A stretch of DNA of 16,810 nucleotides from Gemmatimonadota bacterium (GCA_038128265.1 JAYPJE010000021.1:54116-70925); one strand, 5' to 3'. Positions 1-7,821 are shown, counted from the first letter of the stretch. Made by a program: numbers and translations. Notes: generated by a model from the sequence alone, not told the origin.

Positions 1-994
1 CCCCGTCGGCTGCCTGCTGGACGCGTATGACCTGGCGCGCCGAATTGAGCACCGCGGCGGTGTCGAGGTCGTTGGTCGGCTGTGCACCGGCGATGTCGTC
101 TAGGAAAGCCTGCAGATAACCGCCGGGGCGTGCGTCGGGCAGAGAAAGGGTCTGCGGTCGGTCGTCGTCTTTGCCCAATAGCTCAATGGTATCGGACGTC
201 GTCGACGTTTCGATCACGCCGTCGCGCCCCCAATACGTCATGCGCCAATAATAGGGCATGCTATAGCCGGCCCGATCGGGCGCAAAGTAGGATACGTCGC
301 CGAGTACGCCGCAGCCGTTATTCATTGTTAGCATGAGCTGTCCGGCGTCTTCAAAGTGGGGCGCGTCTTTTGCAAAAGCGTTCCAGCAGCGCGCGGCGTT
401 AATTGTCTCAAAGCGCAGCCCCGTTACCCACGGCAGCGCGTCGATGGCGTGAATGCCGATATCGGTAATAGTGCCGCCGTGCTTCCCTTCCTCAAAATAC
501 CAAGCGGGCCGCGAGCCGAGCTTGAGTGGGTGCTGTCCGCCAAAGGAAATGGCGTGCACCTCGCCGATTTTGCCGTCGCCAATGAGCTGGCGCACGCCTA
601 GGGTCTGTGGTGCGTCGCGCATAGTAAGCATGCAGCCGACCTTTAGTCCCCGCTGCGCTGAGAGCGCTTGCATTTGCTCTACTGCTTCCATTTGCGTGCA
701 GAGTGGCTTGTCGACAATGACGTGGCGACCGCTATCCAGAGCGCGAACGGCCACGGAGCCGCGGCGGGCAAAGTAATCGCCAATGGCGATGATGTCGCTA
801 TCTACTTCGAGCAGGGCCTCGAGCTCTGAGTGAGTGATCTCGACGTGTCCGGCGCGTTCGAGCTGCGCGCGCGTTTCGCCGTGCTCTTCGCAGGCGGCGA
901 CCACCTGCAAATCATCGCGCCGCTGAGCCAGATCATATAGGCTCGTGATGTGGCCGTGTCGAAATCCAGCAAAGGCTATTCTTAGTTTGGACAT
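1..994 (-). CDS. Gfo/Idh/MocA family oxidoreductase (3' end truncated by window edge; absent from the ORF track)
   Basis: Manual translation from ATG at 994 gives MSKLRIAFAGFRHGHI...LQVVAACE...GRHVIVDKPL...GKIGEV...RPAWYFEEGKHGGTITDIGIHAID...EDAG...WGRDGVIE, open to the edge (331 codons). It has the N-terminal Rossmann strand, a DKP variant of the EKP motif and the GGxxxDxGxHxxD motif of the family. Confidence 0.9.
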   Translation of the reverse strand, partial: MSKLRIAFAGFRHGHITSLYDLAQRRDDLQVVAACEEHGETRAQLERAGHVEITHSELEALLEVDSDIIAIGDYFARRGSVAVRALDSGRHVIVDKPLCTQMEAVEQMQALSAQRGLKVGCMLTMRDAPQTLGVRQLIGDGKIGEVHAISFGGQHPLKLGSRPAWYFEEGKHGGTITDIGIHAIDALPWVTGLRFETINAARCWNAFAKDAPHFEDAGQLMLTMNNGCGVLGDVSYFAPDRAGYSMPYYWRMTYWGRDGVIETSTTSDTIELLGKDDDRPQTLSLPDARPGGYLQAFLDDIAGAQPTNDLDTAAVLNSARQVIRVQQAADG

Positions 995-1088
995 ACTAGA
1001 CTCTTGGCAGAGTTGTTTTGCGCTGAAAACGCATGCGCCGAGTGTATTAGATAGGCAATAAACAGAGTGCGTTTATCGCACGGATAGG

Positions 1089-2084
1089 TCAGGGATTGTT
1101 CACCGCTTTGATGAGCGCCTTGATGTATCCGGCCGTAAAGGCTCGTTGGCGATGGCCCCAGCCGCTGTCCTGCTCCGATTTAGGCACGTGGTCGGGACAG
1201 AATACGCCGCCGTAGCCGATTTCTTTGTAGACTTTCATCGCCTCCCACATATCGACGTCGCCCTCGTCGATATAGACTTCTTCAAACTTTAGAAAGCCGC
1301 CGCGAATATTGCGGAAATGCACCATGAAAATCTTTTCGCGCTGGCCGAAGTAGCGAATTACGTCGAAGATTTCGCGGCCCGGATCGCTCAGCATTTCCGA
1401 GCAGGTGCCCTGGCAGAAATTGAGGCCGTGATGGGGACTGTCGATAAGGTCGATAAACTTCTTGACGCCTTCGACGCTGCCCAGGACGCGGTTGACGCCG
1501 CGCACGCCAACGTCGTGCGGCACGGCGGGATCGTGCTGATGGCAGGCCATGCGGACCTTATACTCGTCGGCGACGGGAATGACGCGCTGGACAAAGTAAT
1601 TGATGCGCTCCCACATGGCTTCGGCATCTACGCGGCCGGCCTCAGTTAGCGGTTCGTCTTTGACCGATTCGTAGTCAAACGCGCGGTAGGATGCGCCGCC
1701 GCGGCCTGTCGAACGACCGGTAGTGATCACGCCCATGATAGTCAGGTTATATTTGAGGCAGGGAATCCCGGCGGCCGCGGCCGCGCGAATGCACTCGCAG
1801 ATGTGATCGATTTCGCGGTCGCGCTCCGGCGTCCCGAGCATGATATGGGGGTTTTCTGCGCGCGTTATATAGGACGAGCTGAGCGGCAGTGCCATTACTT
1901 CTACGTTCAGTCCGTGTCCTTCGATGCGCTCGCGCAGAGCGCTCAGATCATCGGCTAGCCAATAGCCGCGCTCGGGGGGGATAAGCTCTTTGGGCGAACC
2001 CGTGACGACGTGGTCAACGCCAATTTGCTTGGCAAATTTCAGGTTGTCATCGGACAGGTCGTTCATTTGCAGGGCGACGTGCAC
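1089..2084 (-). CDS. uxuA: Mannonate dehydratase (UxuA) family sugar-acid dehydratase; substrate uncertain
   Basis: Motifs FAKQIGVDHV, RDREID, GIPCLKYN, MWERINYFVQRVIPVADEYKVRMACHQHDP, GLNFCQG, VHFRNIRG, DEGDVDM and PDHVP. Start reassigned to GTG at 2084, preceded by the RBS AAGGAGG; the ORF-track extension to 2222 overlaps the upstream SDR. Confidence 0.88.
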   Translation of the reverse strand: MHVALQMNDLSDDNLKFAKQIGVDHVVTGSPKELIPPERGYWLADDLSALRERIEGHGLNVEVMALPLSSSYITRAENPHIMLGTPERDREIDHICECIRAAAAAGIPCLKYNLTIMGVITTGRSTGRGGASYRAFDYESVKDEPLTEAGRVDAEAMWERINYFVQRVIPVADEYKVRMACHQHDPAVPHDVGVRGVNRVLGSVEGVKKFIDLIDSPHHGLNFCQGTCSEMLSDPGREIFDVIRYFGQREKIFMVHFRNIRGGFLKFEEVYIDEGDVDMWEAMKVYKEIGYGGVFCPDHVPKSEQDSGWGHRQRAFTAGYIKALIKAVNNP

Positions 2085-2098
2085 GGATACCTCCTTTT

Positions 2099-2857
2099 CT
2101 AACTTCCCAAGATGAGTCCACCGTCGACTGTGAGAATAGATCCCGTGATATAGTCGGCGGCGGGTGAGCATAAAAATGCAGCAGCACGCGCAATGTCTTC
2201 GCCCGTGGCTAGGCGTTTCCATGGCAAGTTCTGTGCGGCTTCCCGTATCTGTTCTTCGCTGGCGAACTGGCGCTCCCCGGGCGTATCGGTGTAGCCTGGT
2301 TCAATGGCGTTCGCGCGAATTTTGTGTTCGGCCATTTCGCGCGCAATGACGCGACACATGTGGTTCATGCCCGCTTTGGCAGCGCAGTAGGGCAGCGAGG
2401 TCGGATAGGCGCCGCGCGCTAGGATTGAGCTGATAAATAGGAGCGCGCCGCCTTCGCCTTGGTCGACCATCTGCCGCGCGGCAGCCTGTGCCGTGAAGAA
2501 GGCACCCAGCAGCGTCACGTCGAGGGTGCGGCGCACGCCCTCTTCGTCGAGCTCTAAAAAGGGCTGGCGCTTGCTGTAGTAGGCGTTGGCCACGGCGATA
2601 TCGATGCGGCCGAGGTCTGCTGTGGTGCGCGCGACCATTTCGGCGACGTCGGCGCGTTCGGCCACGTCACAGCCAATGGCAACGGCCCGCTGCCCAAGTG
2701 CGCGAATCGCAGCAACTACTTCCTCCGCCTCGTCGGGATGGCTGCGGTAGTTGACGGCGACGTCGGCGCCGGCGCGCGCCATTTCTAGGGCACAGGCGCG
2801 TCCAATGCCGCGTGATGCGCCGGTGATAAGGGCGACTTTGCCGCTCAGATCGATCAT
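2099..2857 (-). CDS. Classical SDR oxidoreductase (glucose-1-dehydrogenase/FabG-like, probably NADP-dependent)
   Basis: TGASRGIG glycine motif, NYRSH after beta-2, catalytic YCAAK, IRANAIEPG and YITGSILTVDGG. ATG at 2857 is preceded by AAGGGAGAG and lies 1 nt after the AKR stop. Confidence 0.92.
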   Translation of the reverse strand: MIDLSGKVALITGASRGIGRACALEMARAGADVAVNYRSHPDEAEEVVAAIRALGQRAVAIGCDVAERADVAEMVARTTADLGRIDIAVANAYYSKRQPFLELDEEGVRRTLDVTLLGAFFTAQAAARQMVDQGEGGALLFISSILARGAYPTSLPYCAAKAGMNHMCRVIAREMAEHKIRANAIEPGYTDTPGERQFASEEQIREAAQNLPWKRLATGEDIARAAAFLCSPAADYITGSILTVDGGLILGS

Positions 2858-2858
2858 A

Positions 2859-3683
2859 TTACTCTCCCTTTTCGAATTCACCCGGCCAGTAGGTTATTAC
2901 GCGCAGTTTCTGCTCAATACGGTCTATGCGTTCCATTTCTTTCTCGCTTAACGACCAGTCAAAGAGCGCAAAATTAGCGGCCTGTCGCTCGGGTGCGCGC
3001 GAGCGCGGAATAGCGCCGATTTGTTTTTCGAGCAGCCAGCGCAGCGCGATCTGTGCCGTTGTCCTTCCGCGTGTCGTAGCGATAGCACCTAGCACCTCAT
3101 CGTTGAGCAGCGCGCCCTGGGCGAGCGGGCTATAGGCGACTAGGGCAATATCGCTTTCTGCACAAAAAGCGCGCAGCTTGTCCTGGTTGAGATAGGGATG
3201 GAACTCTACCTGATTGGCGGCGATAGGTAATAGGTCGTATTGGAGCACTTCGCGCAGGCGCCAAGTCGTAAAATTGGATACTCCAGCATGTTTGATCTGT
3301 CCGCGCTCAATCAGTTCTGCCAGCGCGCGCAGCGTATCGCGCAGTGGGATGTCGTTGTTGGGCCAGTGAATCAGGAATAGGTCTAGATAGGACAGATCTA
3401 GTTCGCTCAGGCTGCGCTCGCAGGCGCGCAGCACATCGTCGTAGGCCAACTCGTCGCGCGGTATCTTGGAGGTTATAAAGAGCTCCTCGCGCCCTATGCC
3501 AGATTGGGCGATGCCCCGCCCAACGGCATCGTGGTTGTCGTAACCGAGAGCCGTGTCAATATGCCGGTAGCCGTGTTCAATGGCCGCCGCTATCGATTGG
3601 GCACCCCCTTCGCCGCGCAGGTCAAAGGTGCCCAATCCAAGCAGGGGCATGGGCTGGCCGGATGGCAATGTGGCATATAGCAT
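2859..3683 (-). CDS. Aldo/keto reductase (2,5-diketo-D-gluconate reductase-like)
   Basis: MPLLGLGT, GYRHIDTALGY, REELFITSK, YLDLFLIHWP, GVSNF, NQVEFHPYL, AYSPL and AQIALRW; the D/Y/K/H catalytic tetrad is intact. Start taken at ATG 3683 (alternative TTG 3710). Confidence 0.93.
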   Translation of the reverse strand: MLYATLPSGQPMPLLGLGTFDLRGEGGAQSIAAAIEHGYRHIDTALGYDNHDAVGRGIAQSGIGREELFITSKIPRDELAYDDVLRACERSLSELDLSYLDLFLIHWPNNDIPLRDTLRALAELIERGQIKHAGVSNFTTWRLREVLQYDLLPIAANQVEFHPYLNQDKLRAFCAESDIALVAYSPLAQGALLNDEVLGAIATTRGRTTAQIALRWLLEKQIGAIPRSRAPERQAANFALFDWSLSEKEMERIDRIEQKLRVITYWPGEFEKGE

Positions 3684-3786
3684 AGTGTCTCTCTGCTGTT
3701 TTGGCGGCAAAATAAAAGCGGTTGGCTGCGCGGCAGCAAGCGGCCTGACGCCCTGACCACACTCGCAACGGCTATACTGCGGAACA

Positions 3787-4707
3787 TCAGGACTCGCGCG
3801 CTTGCAGAAATGCTTCTACTTCGGTGCGCGTGGGCAGCGCCGTGCGTCCGCCGAGTGCACGGCAGTTGAGGGCTGCAGTAGCCGAGGCAAAGCGAATGAT
3901 CTTTTCAGGTGTCCAGCGCTTGTGCAGGCCGTAGAGAAATGCGCCGTGAAAAGCGTCGCCCGCGCCCGTCGTATCGACCACCTCTACTGAGAACGCGGGA
4001 AAGGAGTGGGTTTGGTCCTGCCAGCGCGCCACGCAGCCGCGTTCGCCGCGCGTATACACCGCAATGCGTGCGCCGTAGTCGGCTAACTTTTGCACGACCT
4101 GTTCGGGACTCAGGTCGGGCAACCACTGTCGCACCAGCGGTTCGGATACGATGGACACATCGACTAGCGGCAAGAAGGTGTCGAGATCTTCGTGCAGCCA
4201 GGTGCCGTCAAAAACAACGGTATGGCCAGCCTCTTTGGCCCAGCGTGCCGCCTGCATACAGGTGGCGTCGGCATCGTCCAAGTGGACAACGTGTGCCGCG
4301 CTGACTACTTCGTGCGGGAGTTCGTGCGGGACGAGTTCGCCACAGCTTTCCGGTCGCGTTACAAAGCCGCGTTCGCCGCTCGATTCTTCTACCAGCACGA
4401 GGGCCACGCGCGAATGGGCACCTGGGGCGATCGCAAAGTGCGCGGTGTCGACGCCTTCGCTTTGAAGACCCGCGCGAATAAAATCGCCGTCTTCGTCGTC
4501 GCCCACTTTGCCTATAAAAGCGCAGGGTGCTTCGGGTGCAAGGCGTGCAAAAGCCACTAGCGCTGTTGCAGCCGGACCGCCGCCCTGGCGCAGAAACTGC
4601 GCAGCGCGCATGGAGCGATCAAACTGCGGCAGGGCGGGCACGACAAAGAGCATATCAACGGTGCACAGGCCGACGCCAAGAACGGCTATTGTATGCTGAT
4701 CAGCCAT
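3787..4707 (-). CDS. PfkB/ribokinase family carbohydrate kinase (YihV-like subgroup)
   Basis: GGGPAATA, FIGKVGDD, TRGERG, VVDTTGAGDAFHGAF anion-hole motif and FASATAALNCRALGGR. Confidence 0.93.
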   Translation of the reverse strand: MADQHTIAVLGVGLCTVDMLFVVPALPQFDRSMRAAQFLRQGGGPAATALVAFARLAPEAPCAFIGKVGDDEDGDFIRAGLQSEGVDTAHFAIAPGAHSRVALVLVEESSGERGFVTRPESCGELVPHELPHEVVSAAHVVHLDDADATCMQAARWAKEAGHTVVFDGTWLHEDLDTFLPLVDVSIVSEPLVRQWLPDLSPEQVVQKLADYGARIAVYTRGERGCVARWQDQTHSFPAFSVEVVDTTGAGDAFHGAFLYGLHKRWTPEKIIRFASATAALNCRALGGRTALPTRTEVEAFLQARES

Positions 4708-4731
4708 TGGATAGAGGGCGGTCGCGCCGTC

Positions 4732-5460
4732 CTATTTTTCTCTATCCGTCTCGGCGTATGAATGGCCGGCGAAGATGCGCTTTACTTCTGCTAGCGACCG
4801 AGCCTTTAGCAGTTGACCAACGCGTTCCTCTTCTTCCTTTTGCAGTGCGCGGGCATTTTCGAGCACCGCGCCCAACTTGTCTGCGGGAAATTTGCAGGCG
4901 CCGTTTTCGTCCATGTGGACTATTTCACCTGGTGCGATATCCATGCCGGCAACGGAGACGGGTATGTTGACGGCGTGCACGGCCTGGGCGCCGTGGCCCG
5001 GAGTGACCCCGCTGAGCAAATATTGGAACTCCATCGGGCGGATCTCGTCGATGTCGCGCGACGGACCGTTGGAAATGCAGCCAACGCAGCCGATGGCCTT
5101 CATCGCCGATGTCATATTGCCACCTGCTAAACCAACTTTGCCCTGCAGTTCTGGAGGGAATTTTTGTTCGAGCACCAGGATCGTCGGTTTGGGCATGGCG
5201 TCGAGTGCTTCGAGCACGTCCATAAAGCTCAATCGATTGTAGTCCGGGTCGGGCAGTCCGTAGGTGCAGGTTACGGCATAGCCGACCGTGCGCCCAAGTT
5301 CTGGATACATACAGCGCAGGCTCTGGTCGGTATACCAGTTTTCGCGCCAGGGATTATACAGGCCGAGGCATAGGGGATGGTTGGGATAAGTCGCTACGAC
5401 GTTGGTAATAGAAGGGGTGTCAAATTTTTTTAGCTCTTCGATCATTTCCCGTTCATTCAT
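4732..5460 (-). CDS. RraA-like / HMG-CHA aldolase family protein
   Basis: N-terminal DTPSITN, VGYAVT, GGNMTSAMKAIGCVGCISNGPSRDIDEI (conserved RD) and PVSVAGMDIAPGEIVHMDENG. ATG at 5460 with RBS AAGGAG; 242 aa. Confidence 0.88.
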   Translation of the reverse strand: MNEREMIEELKKFDTPSITNVVATYPNHPLCLGLYNPWRENWYTDQSLRCMYPELGRTVGYAVTCTYGLPDPDYNRLSFMDVLEALDAMPKPTILVLEQKFPPELQGKVGLAGGNMTSAMKAIGCVGCISNGPSRDIDEIRPMEFQYLLSGVTPGHGAQAVHAVNIPVSVAGMDIAPGEIVHMDENGACKFPADKLGAVLENARALQKEEEERVGQLLKARSLAEVKRIFAGHSYAETDREK

Positions 5461-5706
5461 GCGCGTCTCCTTGCGCAGCGCGTGCGCCAAAGGCTGTGTG
5501 TTATTGCAGTAGCCGCGCCCGCATCTCATTGGATGGAGCGTCGCGCGACGTTGCGTAATCTCTCCCATCTGCGGTGCGACGTCAATCGACTGTCCGTGCG
5601 TCTGTATCGCCGTGGTAGAGAGATGGCATAGAAGGCGTTGATCGGCGGCAAACCAAATCGAACCACGCGCCGATTTGCAGATGATAGATTTTTTGTGTTC
5701 ATGACA

Positions 5707-6519
5707 TTAGTGCTGATCGCGACGCGGCAAGATCGCCTGATCGCGGAGTTCGCCGATGAGCTCAACTAGCCCGTCTACGGCGGCGGCGAGAAATTTCTCT
5801 CCTTTCTCAACGCTGGCTTTTGTCGCATCGCCCATCACACCGCTGGCCGTCTGTGCGCTCCAGTAGGGGACCATGCGCGCGCCCGAGCCCTGCGGATGCT
5901 TGCCGGCTAGCAGGTCCGTGCGAAAGCTGGGCGAAAGGGGCGAGCGCTCGTCGACGGCCTTGTCCATTTCGACTAGTTCTGGTTTCAGTGCGAGGTAGAG
6001 CGAGGTTTCGTATTCGCCGCCGTGCGAAGTGCCGCCGTAGTCCGACTCGCGCTCGCGGGCGCCTACTTCCTTGGCGATGCGCAGATCCCAGTGGTTGACG
6101 GATGCGCATAGAACAGATCCACTGTACTCGAGTATGGTCAGCCTGGCAGACAGGTCGAGAGGCGAAGCATTTGAACCGTGTCCATTGACGATGAGAATGC
6201 GCTTAAAGCCGTGGTGCGCCAAGCTGCAGCACACATCTTTTACATAGCGAATAAACGTATCCCACTCGATAGTCAACGTGCCGTGAAAGTCCATGTGGTG
6301 TGGGCTGTAGCCGTGCGCTATGGCCGGAACAAGCACGGCCTGTTGGGGGATGCGTGCTACGGCCCGTTCGCAGATGCCAGTGCATAGAACGACATCGGTA
6401 TCCACGGGCAGATGCGGTCCGTGGTCTTCGTAGGTAGCCACGGGTAGTACGGCAACCCGGTCGTCTCGTGCCGCATCGCGCACTTCGTTCCAGATCATTT
6501 CGGCATAGCGATATTTCAC
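5707..6519 (-). CDS. Creatininase family metal-dependent hydrolase
   Basis: LPVATYEDHGPHLPVDTD, GYSPHHMDFHGTL, HGFKRILIVNGHGSN, HGGEYETS, SGVMGD and ASVEKG; the E/H/D/H/E metal-ligand pattern is present. GTG start with RBS GAGGAG. Confidence 0.93.
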   Translation of the reverse strand: MKYRYAEMIWNEVRDAARDDRVAVLPVATYEDHGPHLPVDTDVVLCTGICERAVARIPQQAVLVPAIAHGYSPHHMDFHGTLTIEWDTFIRYVKDVCCSLAHHGFKRILIVNGHGSNASPLDLSARLTILEYSGSVLCASVNHWDLRIAKEVGARERESDYGGTSHGGEYETSLYLALKPELVEMDKAVDERSPLSPSFRTDLLAGKHPQGSGARMVPYWSAQTASGVMGDATKASVEKGEKFLAAAVDGLVELIGELRDQAILPRRDQH

Positions 6520-6627
6520 AGTCTAATCTCCTCAGTTTTTACTGTGCTTTTGTGGGCCAAGGTGCTGAGTAGATACGCAATTTATTGCATTGGTGCAACG
6601 GCTCCTAACATCGCCTCTTAGCTCGAC

Positions 6628-6648
6628 ATAGGAGCGACTCGCTCCTAT
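6628..6648. promoter_or_regulatory. Perfect 21-bp inverted repeat, candidate operator
   Basis: ATAGGAGCGA-C-TCGCTCCTAT: 10-bp perfect arms with a 1-nt centre, in the divergent intergenic region between the creatininase gene and ddl. The dyad is directly visible; its function is inferred. Confidence 0.55.
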
Positions 6649-6707
6649 ATTGGAACGGTCGTATAAACGCCGCGTTCACATAGGTTTCCGTATCGACTTG
6701 TTCGCGG

Positions 6708-6729
6708 TAAAATGCTATTGTGAGAGGAG
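6708..6729 (+). promoter_or_regulatory. Putative -10 box and RBS of ddl
   Basis: TAAAAT at 6708-6713 and GAGGAG at 6724-6729 upstream of ATG 6733; the -35 match is weak. Confidence 0.35.
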
Positions 6730-6732
6730 TCT

Positions 6733-7821
6733 ATGGGAGGCAAAATACGCGTGGGCGTGCTCTTTGGTGGTCGCTCGGCCGAGCACGAAGTATCGGTTGT
6801 GTCGGCGCGTTCAATGCTGGCAGCTGTCGACCGCGACAAATACGAGCTCGTTATGATCAGCATTTCCAAAGAGGGGCGTTGGTTGGTCTGCGACGATGCC
6901 CAGCGCCTGCTGGCAGCAGAGCAGGTAGAAGAGCAGGGGCTGCTTGCCGTATCTCTAGACTATTGCGGTGGGCGCCAGCTCGTGGCGCCGGGCATGGCTG
7001 CGCGAGAATTGGATGTCGTCTTTCCCGTCCTGCACGGTCCGTATGGCGAGGACGGAACGGTGCAGGGCCTGTTGGAACTGGCCGATGTGGCCTACGTGGG
7101 CACCGGCGTCGTAGGTTCGGCCGTGGGTATGGATAAAGAAATGATGAAGCGCGCGTTTGCAGCCGAGGGGCTGCCGCAGTTGGACTACGCGGTAGTGCGC
7201 CGTAGCCGCTGGCGCCGAGAGAGCGAACCGTTTCTCGACGAGCTATGTGCGCGCTTTGACTGGCCGGTTTTTGTAAAGCCGGCCAATCTCGGTTCGAGCG
7301 TAGGCGTTTCGCGTGCCGAAGATCGCAGCGCGCTGCAAGCGAGTATCGAAGAGGCGGGTCATTACGACTACAAGATTGTCATTGAAGAGGCAGCCGTCGA
7401 CTGTCGCGAAGTAGAAGTCGCCATTTTGGGCAACGAAGATCCGCAGGCTTCCGTCGCAGGCGAAATCGAGCCCAGCAATGCCTTTTACGACTACCGCGCC
7501 AAATACGTGGACGACAATTCGGCGCTGCACATTCCGGCGCGCATTGCACCGGACCTAGCCGAGCAGGTGCGCGCCATGGGCGTGCGCGCCTTTCGCGCCG
7601 TGGAGGCCTGGGGCCTTTCCCGCGTCGACTTCTTTGTCGGCCGCGAAGACGAGCGCATCTACATCAACGAGATCAACACTATGCCGGGGTTTACCCCGAT
7701 TAGTATGTATCCCAAGCTGTGGGAAGCCAGCGGACTGTCATATAGTGCGCTGATCGATCGGTTAATTGAATTGGCGCTGCAGCGCCACGAGGACAAAAAA
7801 CAAAACCGCACCTCGCTGTAG
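6733..7821 (+). CDS. ddl: D-alanine--D-alanine ligase (DdlA-length type)
   Basis: FGGRSAEHEVS, DVVFPVLHGPYGEDGTVQG, MDK, PVFVKPANLGSSVG, REVEVAILGN, FYDYRAKY omega loop, RVDFF and NEINTMPGFT..SMYP. Confidence 0.97.
   Translation: MGGKIRVGVLFGGRSAEHEVSVVSARSMLAAVDRDKYELVMISISKEGRWLVCDDAQRLLAAEQVEEQGLLAVSLDYCGGRQLVAPGMAARELDVVFPVLHGPYGEDGTVQGLLELADVAYVGTGVVGSAVGMDKEMMKRAFAAEGLPQLDYAVVRRSRWRRESEPFLDELCARFDWPVFVKPANLGSSVGVSRAEDRSALQASIEEAGHYDYKIVIEEAAVDCREVEVAILGNEDPQASVAGEIEPSNAFYDYRAKYVDDNSALHIPARIAPDLAEQVRAMGVRAFRAVEAWGLSRVDFFVGREDERIYINEINTMPGFTPISMYPKLWEASGLSYSALIDRLIELALQRHEDKKQNRTSL

Noticed and set aside
173..230. tRNA-like text GCCCAATAGCTCAATGGTA...TTCGATC on the plus strand
   Set aside because: No GAGC to close the D-stem, no anticodon arm or acceptor-stem partner, and it lies antisense within an intact Gfo/Idh/MocA CDS.
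82..776. Short plus-strand ORFs 82-336, 356-601 and 453-776
   Set aside because: They are shadows of the minus-strand oxidoreductase, with biased composition and no motifs.
2085..2222. N-terminal extension of the UxuA ORF (likewise 5461-5568 for the RraA-like ORF)
   Set aside because: Strong RBSs precede the downstream starts (GTG 2084, ATG 5460), and the extensions overlap another gene or lack family similarity.
5707..6519. Mycofactocin (MftE) or creatinine-degradation locus
   Set aside because: No mftA/B/C/D/F, radical SAM enzyme, creatinase or sarcosine oxidase in the window.
6733..7821. Van-type D-Ala-D-Lac/D-Ser ligase (glycopeptide resistance)
   Set aside because: The omega loop FYDYRAKY retains the Tyr typical of D-Ala-D-Ala ligases, and there is no vanH/X/R/S nearby.
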